From Paenibacillaceae bacterium (GTDB taxonomy: Bacteria > Bacillota > Bacilli > Brevibacillales > Brevibacillaceae), in contig JBHGXW010000045.1 of NCBI GenBank assembly GCA_041920465.1, positions 5,233 through 69,232 of the forward strand: a stretch of 64,000 nt of DNA, written 5' to 3'. Shown here piece after piece: positions 22,008 to 31,701 of the stretch. The position numbers and the translations under genes are program-made. Each line of letters opens with the position of its first letter. Position 1 is the stretch's first letter. The notes below the pieces were generated by a model that saw only the letters and a program-made list of their open reading frames with translations, searched no databases and was not told the origin of the DNA.

Positions 22008-23282
22008 TTGTACACAATGAATTTGGTATATGCGGACGAGTGTGGCAAGGTTTATGATCATCCGGGTATCTGGTCGGTTGCCAGAAACGGTGATATGTTA
22101 ACCGAGATCCTCGAAGAAGAGCTGATTCCGTTGCCGGAGGGGGCGACGCTGGTTAGCCTGCCGGATACGGAACCTGTAGGGATGGATCCTGAAACTGGTG
22201 AAATGATGAAACTGTCGGGATATACCGCAGTTGGCGCCTTGCTGCCGCAGGGATATACCCGATTGCTTTTGCCCGGATATGTAAAGAAAGACAAAGAGAA
22301 AAAATTTCCGTTGTTTGGATATACCGCAGTTGTTTGGAAGGATGGTGGTTTCTGGGTTGCCGGACGCAAGAGCGACGAGCCGCCAAAATGGAATCCGCTC
22401 AACTATCCGATGGACGAATTAAGAAGCTTGGTCGGTAAAACGCTGGAAGAGTTCCCAGACAATCGCATTCTAAAGCATCTATCCCATTGCGCGCTGGAAT
22501 ACGAATGCTTGACGGCTTCCAATAACTTCTTCCATCGCTGGGAAGCAGCTTTGCCCGTTTCCTATACCTGTAATGCCGGATGCTTCGGATGCATCTCCGA
22601 ACAGCCGGCAGACAGCGGATTTGTGGCACCACAGACGAGAATGAACTTCAAGCCGACAGAGGACGAATTGGTAGAGGTAATGCTTCACCATCTGCAAACG
22701 CCGGAAAGCATAATCAGCTTCGGGCAGGGATGTGAAGGGGAACCGTCAACAATGGCCTCGATTATTATTCCTGCCATCCGCCGGGTTCGCCAGCAAACGG
22801 ATATGGGGTATATCAACATCAACACCAATGCCGGATTGACCGATCATATCAAAGGGATCGTAGATGCTGGCCTTGACTTGATGCGGATCAGTACGATTAG
22901 CGCCATCGAGGAACATTACAACGCGTATTATCGCCCGCGCGGTTATACGCTGGAGAACGTGGCTCGTTCCGCCGAATACGCTTCCTCACAAGGTGTGTAT
23001 ACGTCGATTAATTATTTGTGCTTCCCGGGAGTGTTTGACCGCGAAGAAGAAATGGAAGCGATGATCGAGTTTATCCGCCGTACAGGGATTAAGCTGATTC
23101 AGCTTCGCAATCTAAATATTGATCCCGACAGCTACTTGGCGATGATTCCGAAGGCGCAGGGCGAAATTTTCGGGATGAAACAGGCGATTGAGATTTATCA
23201 GCAAGAGCTGCCAGATGTTGTCATCGGCTCCTTTACCCATATTCCCCCGCAAGACATGCGCCGCAGCAAAAAAATGGTCTAA
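22008..23282 (+). CDS. radical SAM protein of unknown function
   Basis: CNAGCFGC (CxxxCxxC, 22569-22592), SFGQGCEGEP, NINTNA; TTG start with RBS. Confidence 0.9.
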   Translation: MYTMNLVYADECGKVYDHPGIWSVARNGDMLTEILEEELIPLPEGATLVSLPDTEPVGMDPETGEMMKLSGYTAVGALLPQGYTRLLLPGYVKKDKEKKFPLFGYTAVVWKDGGFWVAGRKSDEPPKWNPLNYPMDELRSLVGKTLEEFPDNRILKHLSHCALEYECLTASNNFFHRWEAALPVSYTCNAGCFGCISEQPADSGFVAPQTRMNFKPTEDELVEVMLHHLQTPESIISFGQGCEGEPSTMASIIIPAIRRVRQQTDMGYININTNAGLTDHIKGIVDAGLDLMRISTISAIEEHYNAYYRPRGYTLENVARSAEYASSQGVYTSINYLCFPGVFDREEEMEAMIEFIRRTGIKLIQLRNLNIDPDSYLAMIPKAQGEIFGMKQAIEIYQQELPDVVIGSFTHIPPQDMRRSKKMV

Positions 23283-23329
23283 CAACAGCCTATTGCATTC
23301 GTTAACCGGACATGATAATATCTTTTCAT

Positions 23330-23383
23330 GTGCGTTTATATAACTCTGTTTCGGTAGACGATTCAGGGCGGAAAGAGGTGGAA
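23330..23383 (+). promoter_or_regulatory. probable L31 (rpmE) leader RNA
   Basis: ataactctgtttc...gattcagggcgg immediately 5' of rpmE resembles the conserved Firmicutes rpmE leader (recalled, not searched). Confidence 0.5.
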
Positions 23384-23386
23384 ATG

Positions 23387-23587
23387 ATGAAACAAGGAAT
23401 TCATCCTAATTACAATCTGGTAAAAGTTACTTGTGCTTGCGGTAACGAGTTTGAATCCGGTTCTGTGAAACAAGCTCTTCGCGTAGAGATCTGCTCTAAC
23501 TGCCACCCATTCTTCACAGGTAAACAAAAATTTGTAGATGCAGGTGGACGTGTAGATCGTTTCAAACGCAAATACAACCTTTCTTAA
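23387..23587 (+). CDS. rpmE: 50S ribosomal protein L31, Zn-binding type A
   Basis: [16 protein letters not shown]...[13 protein letters not shown]...GGRVDRF. Confidence 0.98.
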   Translation: MKQGIHPNYNLVKVTCACGNEFESGSVKQALRVEICSNCHPFFTGKQKFVDAGGRVDRFKRKYNLS

Positions 23588-23593
23588 TGCAAA

Positions 23594-23633
23594 CCAAGAA
23601 CCAGGTAGGGATTCTCTGCCTGGTTTTTTTCTT
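23594..23633 (+). terminator. intrinsic terminator after rpmE
   Basis: aaccaggtaggg/ctctgcctggtt stem followed by a T-run. Confidence 0.75.
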
Positions 23634-23644
23634 TCTACGACTCA

Positions 23645-23673
23645 TTGGCGGGACCGACCCAAAATGGTATGAT
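23645..23673 (+). promoter_or_regulatory. putative sigma-A promoter of tdk
   Basis: TTGGCG-17 bp-TATGAT with extended -10 TG. Confidence 0.5.
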
Positions 23674-23711
23674 GGTACATGATTGCCTGAACGAAGGGCT
23701 AATAATTTGTT

Positions 23712-23735
23712 GGGGTCCCGCCGGGCTCGGTGGGT
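23712..23735 (+). repeat. internally deleted REP-like hairpin R3
   Basis: ggggtcccgccgggc-tcggtgggt(tttct): the flanks match R2 but the loop region is missing. Confidence 0.7.
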
Positions 23736-23756
23736 TTTCTTAGGGGGAAACGCAAG

Positions 23757-24374
23757 GTGGCACAACTATACTTCCGATATGGTGCAATGAATGCATCCAA
23801 ATCCATACAACTGTTAACGGTAGCACATAATTATGAGCAATCAGGCAAAAAAGTGATTGTGCTGACTCCGGCAATTGATGATCGATACGGTGTTGGCAAA
23901 GTGGCTTCACGGGTGGGAATAAGCCGTGACGCGATTCCGATTCATTTCGAGACTGATATTTTTCGGATTGTGGAAGAGCAGGAAAGCAGACCTGATTGCG
24001 TCTTGATTGATGAAGGGCAATTCCTTGGTCCGCATCATGTCTCTCAAATTGCCAATATTGTTGATCTCCTGCAAATACCGGTAATTGTCTACGGATTGTT
24101 AAAAAACTTTAAAAACGAGTTGTTTGAAGGAAGCCAACACTTGTTGTGTGAAGCGGATAAAATTGAGGAAATCAAGACGGTTTGCGTATATTGCAACAAG
24201 AAAGCGACGCATATTTTGAAGTTTAAAGACGGTGAACCGGTTTATACGGGACAAACCATCGAGATCGGCGGAGAAGAGACGTACAGCAGTGTTTGTCGCC
24301 GCCATTATTACAATCCCCCCGTCAACAGTTTAGGACGACAGTCGGAAGAAGAATGCTCCATTCATGAAATTTGA
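23757..24374 (+). CDS. tdk: thymidine kinase
   Basis: GAMNASKS, LIDEGQF, C..C and C..H Zn-ligand pairs, IGGEETY; GTG start. Confidence 0.95.
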   Translation: MAQLYFRYGAMNASKSIQLLTVAHNYEQSGKKVIVLTPAIDDRYGVGKVASRVGISRDAIPIHFETDIFRIVEEQESRPDCVLIDEGQFLGPHHVSQIANIVDLLQIPVIVYGLLKNFKNELFEGSQHLLCEADKIEEIKTVCVYCNKKATHILKFKDGEPVYTGQTIEIGGEETYSSVCRRHYYNPPVNSLGRQSEEECSIHEI

Positions 24375-24452
24375 CTGCAAGATTCCGCAAGAAGGATAAA
24401 TAATGCCACTTCCTGCACAAACTACGCATATCAACAGGAGGTGGCTTTTGTT

Positions 24453-24953
24453 ATGCAAAAACCGGTATTCAATTGGCTGCGTTGTTTTTCGCTCGGCTTA
24501 ATCGGCAGTCTTTTGGCCGCAATGGTAGGCTGCAACTCAACCTCTTCTCCCGATGGACGGAGCTACGGGGTCAGAAGCATGGATCCAACGCAAAACTCCA
24601 CTCGTGTGACCGATTACAACCGGGATGTGATTGATCGGGGAAGTTATCCAGTGGAAGACCGGGATGAATTGATGGGGCGAAACGATAATCCGAATCTGGT
24701 GATTGGTCATCAGGAGGTTCAGAATACAGGGCTGGATGTCCGCAACCTGCAGATGATGGCAAAGAGCGTGCCGGGGGTGGAAAATGCGAGAATCACCTTG
24801 AGCGGAGATAATGCATATGTAACGTTAGACTTGATACCCAATGTAACGGCAGGTCAGGCAAGAGATATTGAGCGGCGGGTGATTACGGCCTTAACGCAAA
24901 AAGTGCCGCGCTACGATTTTCATATTACCTCCAACGACGGGTATCACCGGTAA
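24453..24953 (+). CDS. YhcN/YlaJ-family sporulation lipoprotein
   Basis: Lipobox AAMVGC; C-terminal VPGVENARITLSGDNAYV...HITSN domain. Confidence 0.7.
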   Translation: MQKPVFNWLRCFSLGLIGSLLAAMVGCNSTSSPDGRSYGVRSMDPTQNSTRVTDYNRDVIDRGSYPVEDRDELMGRNDNPNLVIGHQEVQNTGLDVRNLQMMAKSVPGVENARITLSGDNAYVTLDLIPNVTAGQARDIERRVITALTQKVPRYDFHITSNDGYHR

Positions 24954-24956
24954 ATA

Positions 24957-24996
24957 ACCCGCCCGACTACAGCTAGCGCTACGTCGGGCGGGCCCC
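24957..24996 (-). repeat. REP-like hairpin R4 (reverse orientation)
   Basis: Reverse complement gggg-cccgcccgac-gtagcgctagctgta-gtcgggcggg-t. Confidence 0.8.
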
Positions 24997-25098
24997 ACAA
25001 GGCTCATGATCCTGAGCCTTTTTTCTTTGACTTATATGTGGTTTTCTTCTATAATTATACTGTTATCGAGCAATTTGTTAATTTGGGGTGAAATTACG

Positions 25099-26172
25099 GT
25101 GTTAAATCGCTTATCTGCAGTTGAAGAGCGGTATGAAGAAGTTACCAACCTATTGTGTGACCCCGACGTCATCAATGACACCAAAAAGTTGCGGGAATTA
25201 TCCAAGGAACAGTCCTCTTTGGAAGAGACAGTAACCGTTTATCGTGAATATAAATCTGTTGTGCAGCAGCTGGAAGACGCTAAGGCGATGTTCGAAGAAA
25301 AGCTGGACGACGAAATGCGGGAAATGGTCAAGATGGAAATCTCTGACCTGACTGAACGGAAGGAACAACTGGAACAAAAACTGAAAATCCTGCTTTTGCC
25401 GAAAGATCCGAATGACGACAAAAACGTAATTGTCGAAATTCGCGGTGCGGCAGGCGGTGACGAAGCGGCGTTGTTTGCTGCTGACTTGTTCCGTATGTAT
25501 ACCCGTTTTGCTGAGCGTCATGGCTTTAAAGTAGAAATCCTCGAAGCGAACCCGACGGACATTGGCGGCTACAAAGAGATTATCTTCTCGGTAAATGGCC
25601 GCGGTGCATACAGCAAGCTCAAATTCGAGAGTGGTGCACACCGGGTGCAGCGCATTCCGGCAACTGAGTCGGGCGGCCGCATTCACACCTCTACTTCCAC
25701 CGTCATTGTGTTACCGGAAGTAGAAGAGTTGGAAGTCGAGTTGAACGAAAAAGACATTCGTGTGGATACATTCTGTTCCAGCGGCGCTGGCGGACAAAGT
25801 GTTAACACCACCAAATCGGCTGTTCGCGTAACGCATATTCCTACGGGAATTGTGGTTTCCTGTCAGGATGAGAAATCACAGAACTCCAACAAGGAAAAGG
25901 CGCTCCGCGTTCTTCGCGCCCGTTTGTTTGACTTCTATCAGCAGCAAGCGATGGCAGAGCAGGATGCGACACGCAAGAGCCTGGTGGGAACTGGTGACCG
26001 AAGTGAGCGTATTCGTACGTACAACTTCCCGCAAAGCCGCGTAACCGATCATCGCATTGGTCTTACTTTGCACCGGCTGGACACCATCCTGGATGGAGAT
26101 TTGGATGAGGTAATTGACAACCTGATCCTGCATGAACAGACGGAGTTGATGAAAAGTCATGCTTCCGCTTAA
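25099..26172 (+). CDS. prfA: peptide chain release factor 1
   Basis: PAT tripeptide (RIPATES), GGQ motif; GTG at 25099. Confidence 0.98.
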   Translation: MLNRLSAVEERYEEVTNLLCDPDVINDTKKLRELSKEQSSLEETVTVYREYKSVVQQLEDAKAMFEEKLDDEMREMVKMEISDLTERKEQLEQKLKILLLPKDPNDDKNVIVEIRGAAGGDEAALFAADLFRMYTRFAERHGFKVEILEANPTDIGGYKEIIFSVNGRGAYSKLKFESGAHRVQRIPATESGGRIHTSTSTVIVLPEVEELEVELNEKDIRVDTFCSSGAGGQSVNTTKSAVRVTHIPTGIVVSCQDEKSQNSNKEKALRVLRARLFDFYQQQAMAEQDATRKSLVGTGDRSERIRTYNFPQSRVTDHRIGLTLHRLDTILDGDLDEVIDNLILHEQTELMKSHASA

Positions 26173-27058
26173 TGCGATGAAGATAACGACGATCCGAGAA
26201 GCCCATCTGGGGGCTTCTTCTTTTTTACGGGAAGCGGGAAGTGCGGACCCTAAGTTCGAAGCGGAACTGCTGCTTCGCCATGTCCTCAATATGGACCGAA
26301 CCGCCTTCTTGATTTCCATGCAAGAACCAATTGCCCAAGAGGCGGTTGAAAAGCTGGCCGTTCTTTGTCAACGACGGGCCAAGCGCGAACCGATTCAATA
26401 TATGATCGGGAAGCAAGAGTTCTACGGGAGGGATTTTTGTGTCGCACCTGGTGTTTTAATCCCTCGTCCGGAGACAGAGATATTAATTGAACAGATCCTT
26501 AAACAAGCCGGGCAGCTTTGGTTGAATGAAGAACCGCTTGATGTTGTTGATATTGGGACGGGAAGTGGAGCTATTGCCCTGACACTTGCATGTGAGCGCC
26601 CGGAATGGAATATTTCTACGATCGATCTCTCGATGGATGCCATTTCGATAGCACGCCGGAATGCCGAGGCTTTGGGAGTGGCCGAGCGGGTTCAATTTCT
26701 GAACGGCGATCTAGCCGAGCCGCTCATCTCGGGTAACAAGCAGGTGGATATTCTCGTATCGAATCCACCCTATATTCCAAGCGCGGATGTGAATGAACTG
26801 GACGAAGAAGTTCGTGATTACGAACCCATATTGGCGTTGGATGGCGGAGAGGATGGGCTTGATTGCTACCGCCGGATTTGTTCAGCCCTTCCGCAGATTT
26901 TGAAACCGGTGGCGCTTGTCGGTTTTGAAGTGGGGATTCATCAAGCTCAAGCTGTGGCCGAACTGCTTCAATCCTCCAATCAGATTGATGAAGTGCTGAT
27001 TGTTCCCGATTTGGCGGGAATCGACAGGGTGGTATTGGGCTGGCGAAGCCGATTCTAG
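26159..27058 (+). CDS. prmC: release factor glutamine methyltransferase
   Basis: [34 protein letters not shown]. Confidence 0.96.
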   Translation: MLPLNAMKITTIREAHLGASSFLREAGSADPKFEAELLLRHVLNMDRTAFLISMQEPIAQEAVEKLAVLCQRRAKREPIQYMIGKQEFYGRDFCVAPGVLIPRPETEILIEQILKQAGQLWLNEEPLDVVDIGTGSGAIALTLACERPEWNISTIDLSMDAISIARRNAEALGVAERVQFLNGDLAEPLISGNKQVDILVSNPPYIPSADVNELDEEVRDYEPILALDGGEDGLDCYRRICSALPQILKPVALVGFEVGIHQAQAVAELLQSSNQIDEVLIVPDLAGIDRVVLGWRSRF

Positions 27059-27063
27059 ACTTG

Positions 27064-27122
27064 CCCCGCCCGGCGCTTTTCTGGGCTCCGCTCGGCGTAG
27101 CCTACGCTGTGGCCGAGCGGGT
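27064..27122 (+). repeat. REP-like hairpin R5 with a partial unit upstream
   Basis: gggc-tccgctcggc-gtagcctacgctgtg-gccgagcggg-t (27083-27122), preceded by ccccgcccggcgc. Confidence 0.78.
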
Positions 27123-27167
27123 TACGTCAGCTAAAGTAGGATGGGTATAAATTTGATAGAGAACCGC

Positions 27168-27196
27168 GTATAAATGATAGATTTCCTGTCTATACT
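27168..27196 (+). promoter_or_regulatory. sigma-F-type promoter of spoIIR
   Basis: GTATA-15 bp-GTCTATACT; spoIIR is sigma-F dependent in B. subtilis. Confidence 0.5.
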
Positions 27197-27253
27197 GACG
27201 GCTAGAGAGATAAGAAATCCTTCCGTTAGAGAAAATGAGGGGAGACGGTCATA

Positions 27254-27994
27254 ATGAAGCGGTTCTTTTTTATTCTGTTTGCATTCACGATGGTGATCAT
27301 GAGTTGGGAAGCACAACGGTCGGCTTCAGCCAATGCGCTGGACAACGGGCCTATTCCCAAAGAGTCGATTCGGCTTCGAATCATTGCCAACAGTGATTCT
27401 TTTCAGGATCAATGGCTAAAACGCAAAGTACGCGATTCCATTGTGGAGCAGATGAACCAATGGGTAAAGGACCTGCATTCATATGACGAAGCCCGTTCAT
27501 TTGTGGCAAAGAAATTGCCAAAGCTTCAACAAATCGTAGACAATACCATTCAACAATATGGTTTTTCTTATAAAGCAGTGGTTGATTTCGGCAAAGTGCC
27601 GTTTCCGACCAAATTGTACGGCTCTTATGTATATCCGGCCGGTGACTATGAAGCACTGCGTGTGCGGATCGGAGAAGCCAAAGGCCAAAACTGGTGGTGC
27701 GTATTGTTCCCGCCTCTCTGCTTCATTGATATGTCCAATGGAGATGCCGTAGTTGCCAAAAAACAGCAGCAGCCATGGTTCACGCGTGAATACGATGATC
27801 TCGAAGAAGAGAAGCGGCTGATGCGCGAGAAAACATCCGCAGATATTGTGGATTATGTGGATAATACTGTGAATGAACAGCCGCAGCAAGAACTTCTTGA
27901 ACGGCAAGATGAGGTGGCAAGGGCAGAAGCCCCGGCCGTTCCTGAAGTGGAAGTGCGATTTTACTTATGGGATAAGCTTGTCTCTTTCTTTTGA
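27254..27994 (+). CDS. spoIIR: stage II sporulation protein R
   Basis: IRLRIIANSDS..DQWLKRKVRD, FPTKLYG, GQNWWCVLFPPLCF, EVRFYL. Confidence 0.95.
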   Translation: MKRFFFILFAFTMVIMSWEAQRSASANALDNGPIPKESIRLRIIANSDSFQDQWLKRKVRDSIVEQMNQWVKDLHSYDEARSFVAKKLPKLQQIVDNTIQQYGFSYKAVVDFGKVPFPTKLYGSYVYPAGDYEALRVRIGEAKGQNWWCVLFPPLCFIDMSNGDAVVAKKQQQPWFTREYDDLEEEKRLMREKTSADIVDYVDNTVNEQPQQELLERQDEVARAEAPAVPEVEVRFYLWDKLVSFF

Positions 27995-28231
27995 TAACCT
28001 TTCATATTGCTCCCCCTATTCCTACCTTTTCATTTGAAAGGTAGGTTTTTTTACTTGCTTTTATCCACAGGTTATACACAGGCTGTTGAAAACTTTAGGG
28101 GGAGATTCTATACTAGGGAAACGAACCGTTGCAGATCAACGGATAGAAAGGGTTTGCAAGATGGAAACGAAAGTTTGGAATGTGGATAAAAATGTGGAGA
28201 AAAATCCAAGCTGTGCACATATTGTGGATGC
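27847..28231. promoter_or_regulatory. DnaA-box cluster
   Basis: TTATNCACA matches: 27856-64, 28061-69, 28072-80, 28181-89. One-mismatch boxes at 27847, 27868 and 28193. Confidence 0.75.
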
Positions 28232-29228
28232 CGCCCGCCTGCTGCGGGAAGGCGAGGTAGTTGCTTTTCCGACCGAAACTGTATATGGACTAGGTGCCAA
28301 TGCATTGAGAGATGAGGCTGTGGAAAAAATATTTACCGCAAAAGGCAGGCCAAGCGACAACCCGCTAATTGTTCATATCGGCGAACTGGCCCAGATCTCC
28401 ATGATTGCGAGAGAGATTCCGCCAAAAGCAAGGCAGGTAATCGACGCTTTTTGGCCGGGACCGTTAACCGTTATCCTGCCCAAGACGGATGCAGTAGCCA
28501 CAAGGGTAACGGCCAATCTGGACACGGTTGGAGTAAGAATGCCTGATCATCCGGTTGCGCTCGCGTTGATCCGGGAAGCGGGCGTGCCGATTGCAGCCCC
28601 AAGCGCCAATCGTTCCGGTCGTCCAAGTCCTACAACAGCTGCGCACGTGCTGGAAGATTTAGAGGGGCGGATTGCGGGAATAGTGGATGCCGGCAGCGCA
28701 GGAGTAGGTGTCGAATCAACGGTTTTGGACATGACGGTTGAGCCGCCGATGATTCTTCGTCCGGGCGGCATTACCTTGGAACAGCTGCAGGAAGTTATCG
28801 GAGAAGTTCAGATTGACCCCGCTTTTCTCGCTGCAGAAGTGCAAACGCCCCGTTCTCCCGGCATGAAATATACGCACTATGCACCGAAGGGCGAGTTGTG
28901 GATTGTTTCGGGAGAATCTCAAAAGGCTCAGTTAAAAATGACCGAAATGCTCCAACAGGCCAAGGAACATGGCAAAAAAACAGGTGTTCTTGCTCCCAAA
29001 GAAACCGTTCAACTGTGGGAACAGACAGAATACGCCGATGTCGTGTTGGAATGCGGCTCAATCGGGGATTTGAGCAGTGTGGCCCGTGATTTGTATGCCA
29101 CGCTTCGCAAGTTCGACGAGCTTGGCGTGGAGTTCATGATCGCTGAAGCGTTCCCCAAGCTTGACATGGGGCTTGCTGTCATGAACAGATTGGAGAAAGC
29201 TGCAGGTGGAAGAATAATCAGCGTGTAG
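28161..29228 (+). CDS. sua5: threonylcarbamoyl-AMP synthase Sua5/TsaC2 (YwlC)
   Basis: VAFPTETVYGLG, KGRPSDNPLIVH, AAPSANRSG, PGMKYTHYAP. Confidence 0.96.
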   Translation: METKVWNVDKNVEKNPSCAHIVDAARLLREGEVVAFPTETVYGLGANALRDEAVEKIFTAKGRPSDNPLIVHIGELAQISMIAREIPPKARQVIDAFWPGPLTVILPKTDAVATRVTANLDTVGVRMPDHPVALALIREAGVPIAAPSANRSGRPSPTTAAHVLEDLEGRIAGIVDAGSAGVGVESTVLDMTVEPPMILRPGGITLEQLQEVIGEVQIDPAFLAAEVQTPRSPGMKYTHYAPKGELWIVSGESQKAQLKMTEMLQQAKEHGKKTGVLAPKETVQLWEQTEYADVVLECGSIGDLSSVARDLYATLRKFDELGVEFMIAEAFPKLDMGLAVMNRLEKAAGGRIISV

Positions 29229-29285
29229 GACGAATCTTTCCCTTCTTGTCCGCATAAGGTGAAGTGACAGGGAGGGTGGCTATTC

Positions 29286-29846
29286 ATGGATCTTTCATTA
29301 ATCCAATGGGGGCAGTTCTTCACTTTGCTAATGATTGCTTGTGCGCTTGGAATGGATGCGTTCTCCTTGGGAATCGGAGTCGGCATGAGCGGCATGCGCT
29401 TGAAAGAAATTATCAAAGTAAGCATTACGATCGGACTGTTTCACATTGGAATGCCTCTCTTGGGATTCTTTATTGGCATGTATCTTTCCGAGATTATAGG
29501 CGGTATCGCTATTTTGATTGGCGGCGGCATCCTCATGACCCTTGGGTTGCATATGCTGTGGAACGGATTCTTTCGTTCAGATGAATCCAGTATGATGCAA
29601 ACAAGAGGGTTGGGTTTATTTTTATTTGCTTTCAGCGTCAGTCTTGATGCGCTTTCTGTTGGTTTTTCTTTCGGACTTATTGAGGTAAATATTTTTCTTG
29701 CCGTGATTTTGTTCGGCCTGATGGGGGCGATGATGGCGGGATGTGGTCTCATTTTGGGAAGAAGCGTAGGCGGCTGGCTTGGCGAGTACAGTGAAGTACT
29801 GGGGGGAATTATCCTATTGGTATTTGGTATCCGGTTTATGCTATAA
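29286..29846 (+). CDS. mntP: MntP-family manganese efflux pump (YwlD)
   Basis: ALGMDAF and SVSLDAL repeats; about 6 TM segments. Confidence 0.88.
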   Translation: MDLSLIQWGQFFTLLMIACALGMDAFSLGIGVGMSGMRLKEIIKVSITIGLFHIGMPLLGFFIGMYLSEIIGGIAILIGGGILMTLGLHMLWNGFFRSDESSMMQTRGLGLFLFAFSVSLDALSVGFSFGLIEVNIFLAVILFGLMGAMMAGCGLILGRSVGGWLGEYSEVLGGIILLVFGIRFML

Positions 29847-29891
29847 ACAAGGTAGTATGCAAAAGGATGCGATCGTCACAGGAGGTACGGA

Positions 29892-30341
29892 ATGCGTATA
29901 CTATTCGTTTGTACGGGCAATACCTGCAGAAGCCCGATGGCTGAGGCGTTGTTCCGTGCGAAACTCAAGGATTCTTCTATATCGGTTCAATCAGCGGGGA
30001 TAGCAGCCCTGGATGGGTCAAAAGCTTCCGAGCATGCCCGCAAAGTGCTGGAAAACCGCGGAATTCGTCATCAGCATCAATCCCAGCGTCTGCATCAAGA
30101 ATTGGTCTCGTGGGCGGACATCATTCTTACCATGACCAAAGCGCATAAGGACACCATTCAGGAATGGTTCCCCGACGCTTCGCACAAAACCTTTACCCTC
30201 AAAGAATACATCGGCTGCAGCCATAATCTTGATATTGCCGATCCGTTCGGAGGCAGCCTGGGAACCTACGAACAGTGCGCCAGCGAGATAGACGAGTCAC
30301 TGGAAAAACTGCATGAAAAATTAACCCGTTCGCTTCGGTGA
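29892..30341 (+). CDS. ywlE: low-molecular-weight protein arginine/tyrosine phosphatase
   Basis: CTGNTCRS P-loop, DIADPFGG; B. subtilis ywlE synteny. Confidence 0.92.
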   Translation: MRILFVCTGNTCRSPMAEALFRAKLKDSSISVQSAGIAALDGSKASEHARKVLENRGIRHQHQSQRLHQELVSWADIILTMTKAHKDTIQEWFPDASHKTFTLKEYIGCSHNLDIADPFGGSLGTYEQCASEIDESLEKLHEKLTRSLR

Positions 30342-30384
30342 CTGTATTGCTGCTTGGCAGTATCAGCCTTTTATTGGTAAAATA

Positions 30385-30397
30385 AATTCCGAACATT
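30385..30397 (+). promoter_or_regulatory. PurR PurBox upstream of rpiB-ywlG-glyA
   Basis: AATTCCGAACATT matches AWWWCCGAACWWT exactly. Confidence 0.55.
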
Positions 30398-30521
30398 TTT
30401 GTTACGCGATATAGTAAATGTAAAGTTTTATCGGTATTTTTGCGAAAAAATGCTGCCTTATCTATTTCCTTGTGAAGAAATCATGTATAATACAAGAAAA
30501 TGATGAAAACGGAGGTCCAAC

Positions 30522-30968
30522 ATGAAAGTGGCGCTGGCTGCCGACCACGGCGGTTTTAAACTGAAAGAAGAGATTAAGCAGTTGCTTGCATCAATGAATA
30601 TTGCCTTCGAAGATTTTGGTTGTGAGTGCGAAGCTTCTGTCGATTACCCCGACTTTGCCTTACCGGTTGCCGAGAAGGTGGCGGCAGGGGAGTTTGATCG
30701 CGGAATTCTGGTATGCGGGACAGGGATAGGAATGTCCATTGCGGCAAATAAGGTACCTGGCATTCGTTGTGCCCTCGTTCACGATACGTTTTCTGCCAAG
30801 GCAACCCGCCAACACAACGATTCCAACATCCTTGCCATGGGTGAAAGGGTAATCGGGCCTGGTTTGGCATTGGAGATTGTAAAAATTTGGCTGGAAACCG
30901 ATTTTGAAGGCGGACGCCATACCAGAAGGGTGGAAAAGATTAAGGAGATCGAGCAGAAATGGTCATGA
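30522..30968 (+). CDS. rpiB: ribose-5-phosphate isomerase B
   Basis: ADHGG, CGTGIG, NKVPGIRCA, FEGGRH. Confidence 0.96.
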   Translation: MKVALAADHGGFKLKEEIKQLLASMNIAFEDFGCECEASVDYPDFALPVAEKVAAGEFDRGILVCGTGIGMSIAANKVPGIRCALVHDTFSAKATRQHNDSNILAMGERVIGPGLALEIVKIWLETDFEGGRHTRRVEKIKEIEQKWS

Positions 30969-31057
30969 CCGTTTCTGTAGACCGCAAGCGGTCACATCCA
31001 ATTTGATGAAAAACGTCGAGACGTTTTTCACAGTAAAACACGTGGGAGTGAAGTAAG

Positions 31058-31627
31058 GTGGATTTCTCCCTCATTATGCAGCAGGTAAGAACCATTGTTA
31101 CCGAGGTCGCGGACAAAGCATCTCTTGCCGCGGGTAAAATTCTGGTGATTGGTTGCAGTACAAGCGAAGTGTTAGGGAAACAGATCGGGAAAGCCGGAAG
31201 TGCCGAGGTAGCAGCAGCCCTGTTCAACGGGATTGAAGAGGTCGCTTTGGCACGAGGCTTTGCTTTGGCTTTTCAATGTTGTGAACACCTAAACCGTGCC
31301 TTGGTTGTAGATCGCGCCACCATGGAAAATTTTCGGCTGGAAGAAGTAACGGTCATTCCTGTCCCGAAAGCAGGCGGTGCGATGGCTGCCCACGCCTACA
31401 CGAAGATGAACTCTCCCGTTGTGGTGGAATCGATACAGGCAGATGCCGGAATCGATATTGGAGATACGTTTATCGGCATGCATCTAAAGCGTGTAGCCGT
31501 TCCAATTCGGACAAGTTTACGTTCCATTGGTGAAGCTCATGTGACTGCGGCTTACACCCGTCCGAAACTGATTGGAGGCGCAAGAGCAGTTTACGAGATG
31601 ACACAAGCTAACAACAGCTGCTCGTAG
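31058..31627 (+). CDS. ywlG: YwlG / TIGR01440-family protein
   Basis: GCSTSEV, QCCEHLNRALVV, GIDIGDTFIGMHL, RPKLIGGARA; synteny. Confidence 0.9.
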   Translation: MDFSLIMQQVRTIVTEVADKASLAAGKILVIGCSTSEVLGKQIGKAGSAEVAAALFNGIEEVALARGFALAFQCCEHLNRALVVDRATMENFRLEEVTVIPVPKAGGAMAAHAYTKMNSPVVVESIQADAGIDIGDTFIGMHLKRVAVPIRTSLRSIGEAHVTAAYTRPKLIGGARAVYEMTQANNSCS

Positions 31628-31701
31628 TCCGGTACATAATGAACCCTACAACTTTATTTAGCCAATAGGGGAAACCCCACAAATCTAGGAGGAGATAAGC
31701 C

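Noticed and set aside
29229-29285. Mn-sensing yybP-ykoY riboswitch before mntP
   Set aside because: The region is too short and lacks the motif; only a small hairpin is present.
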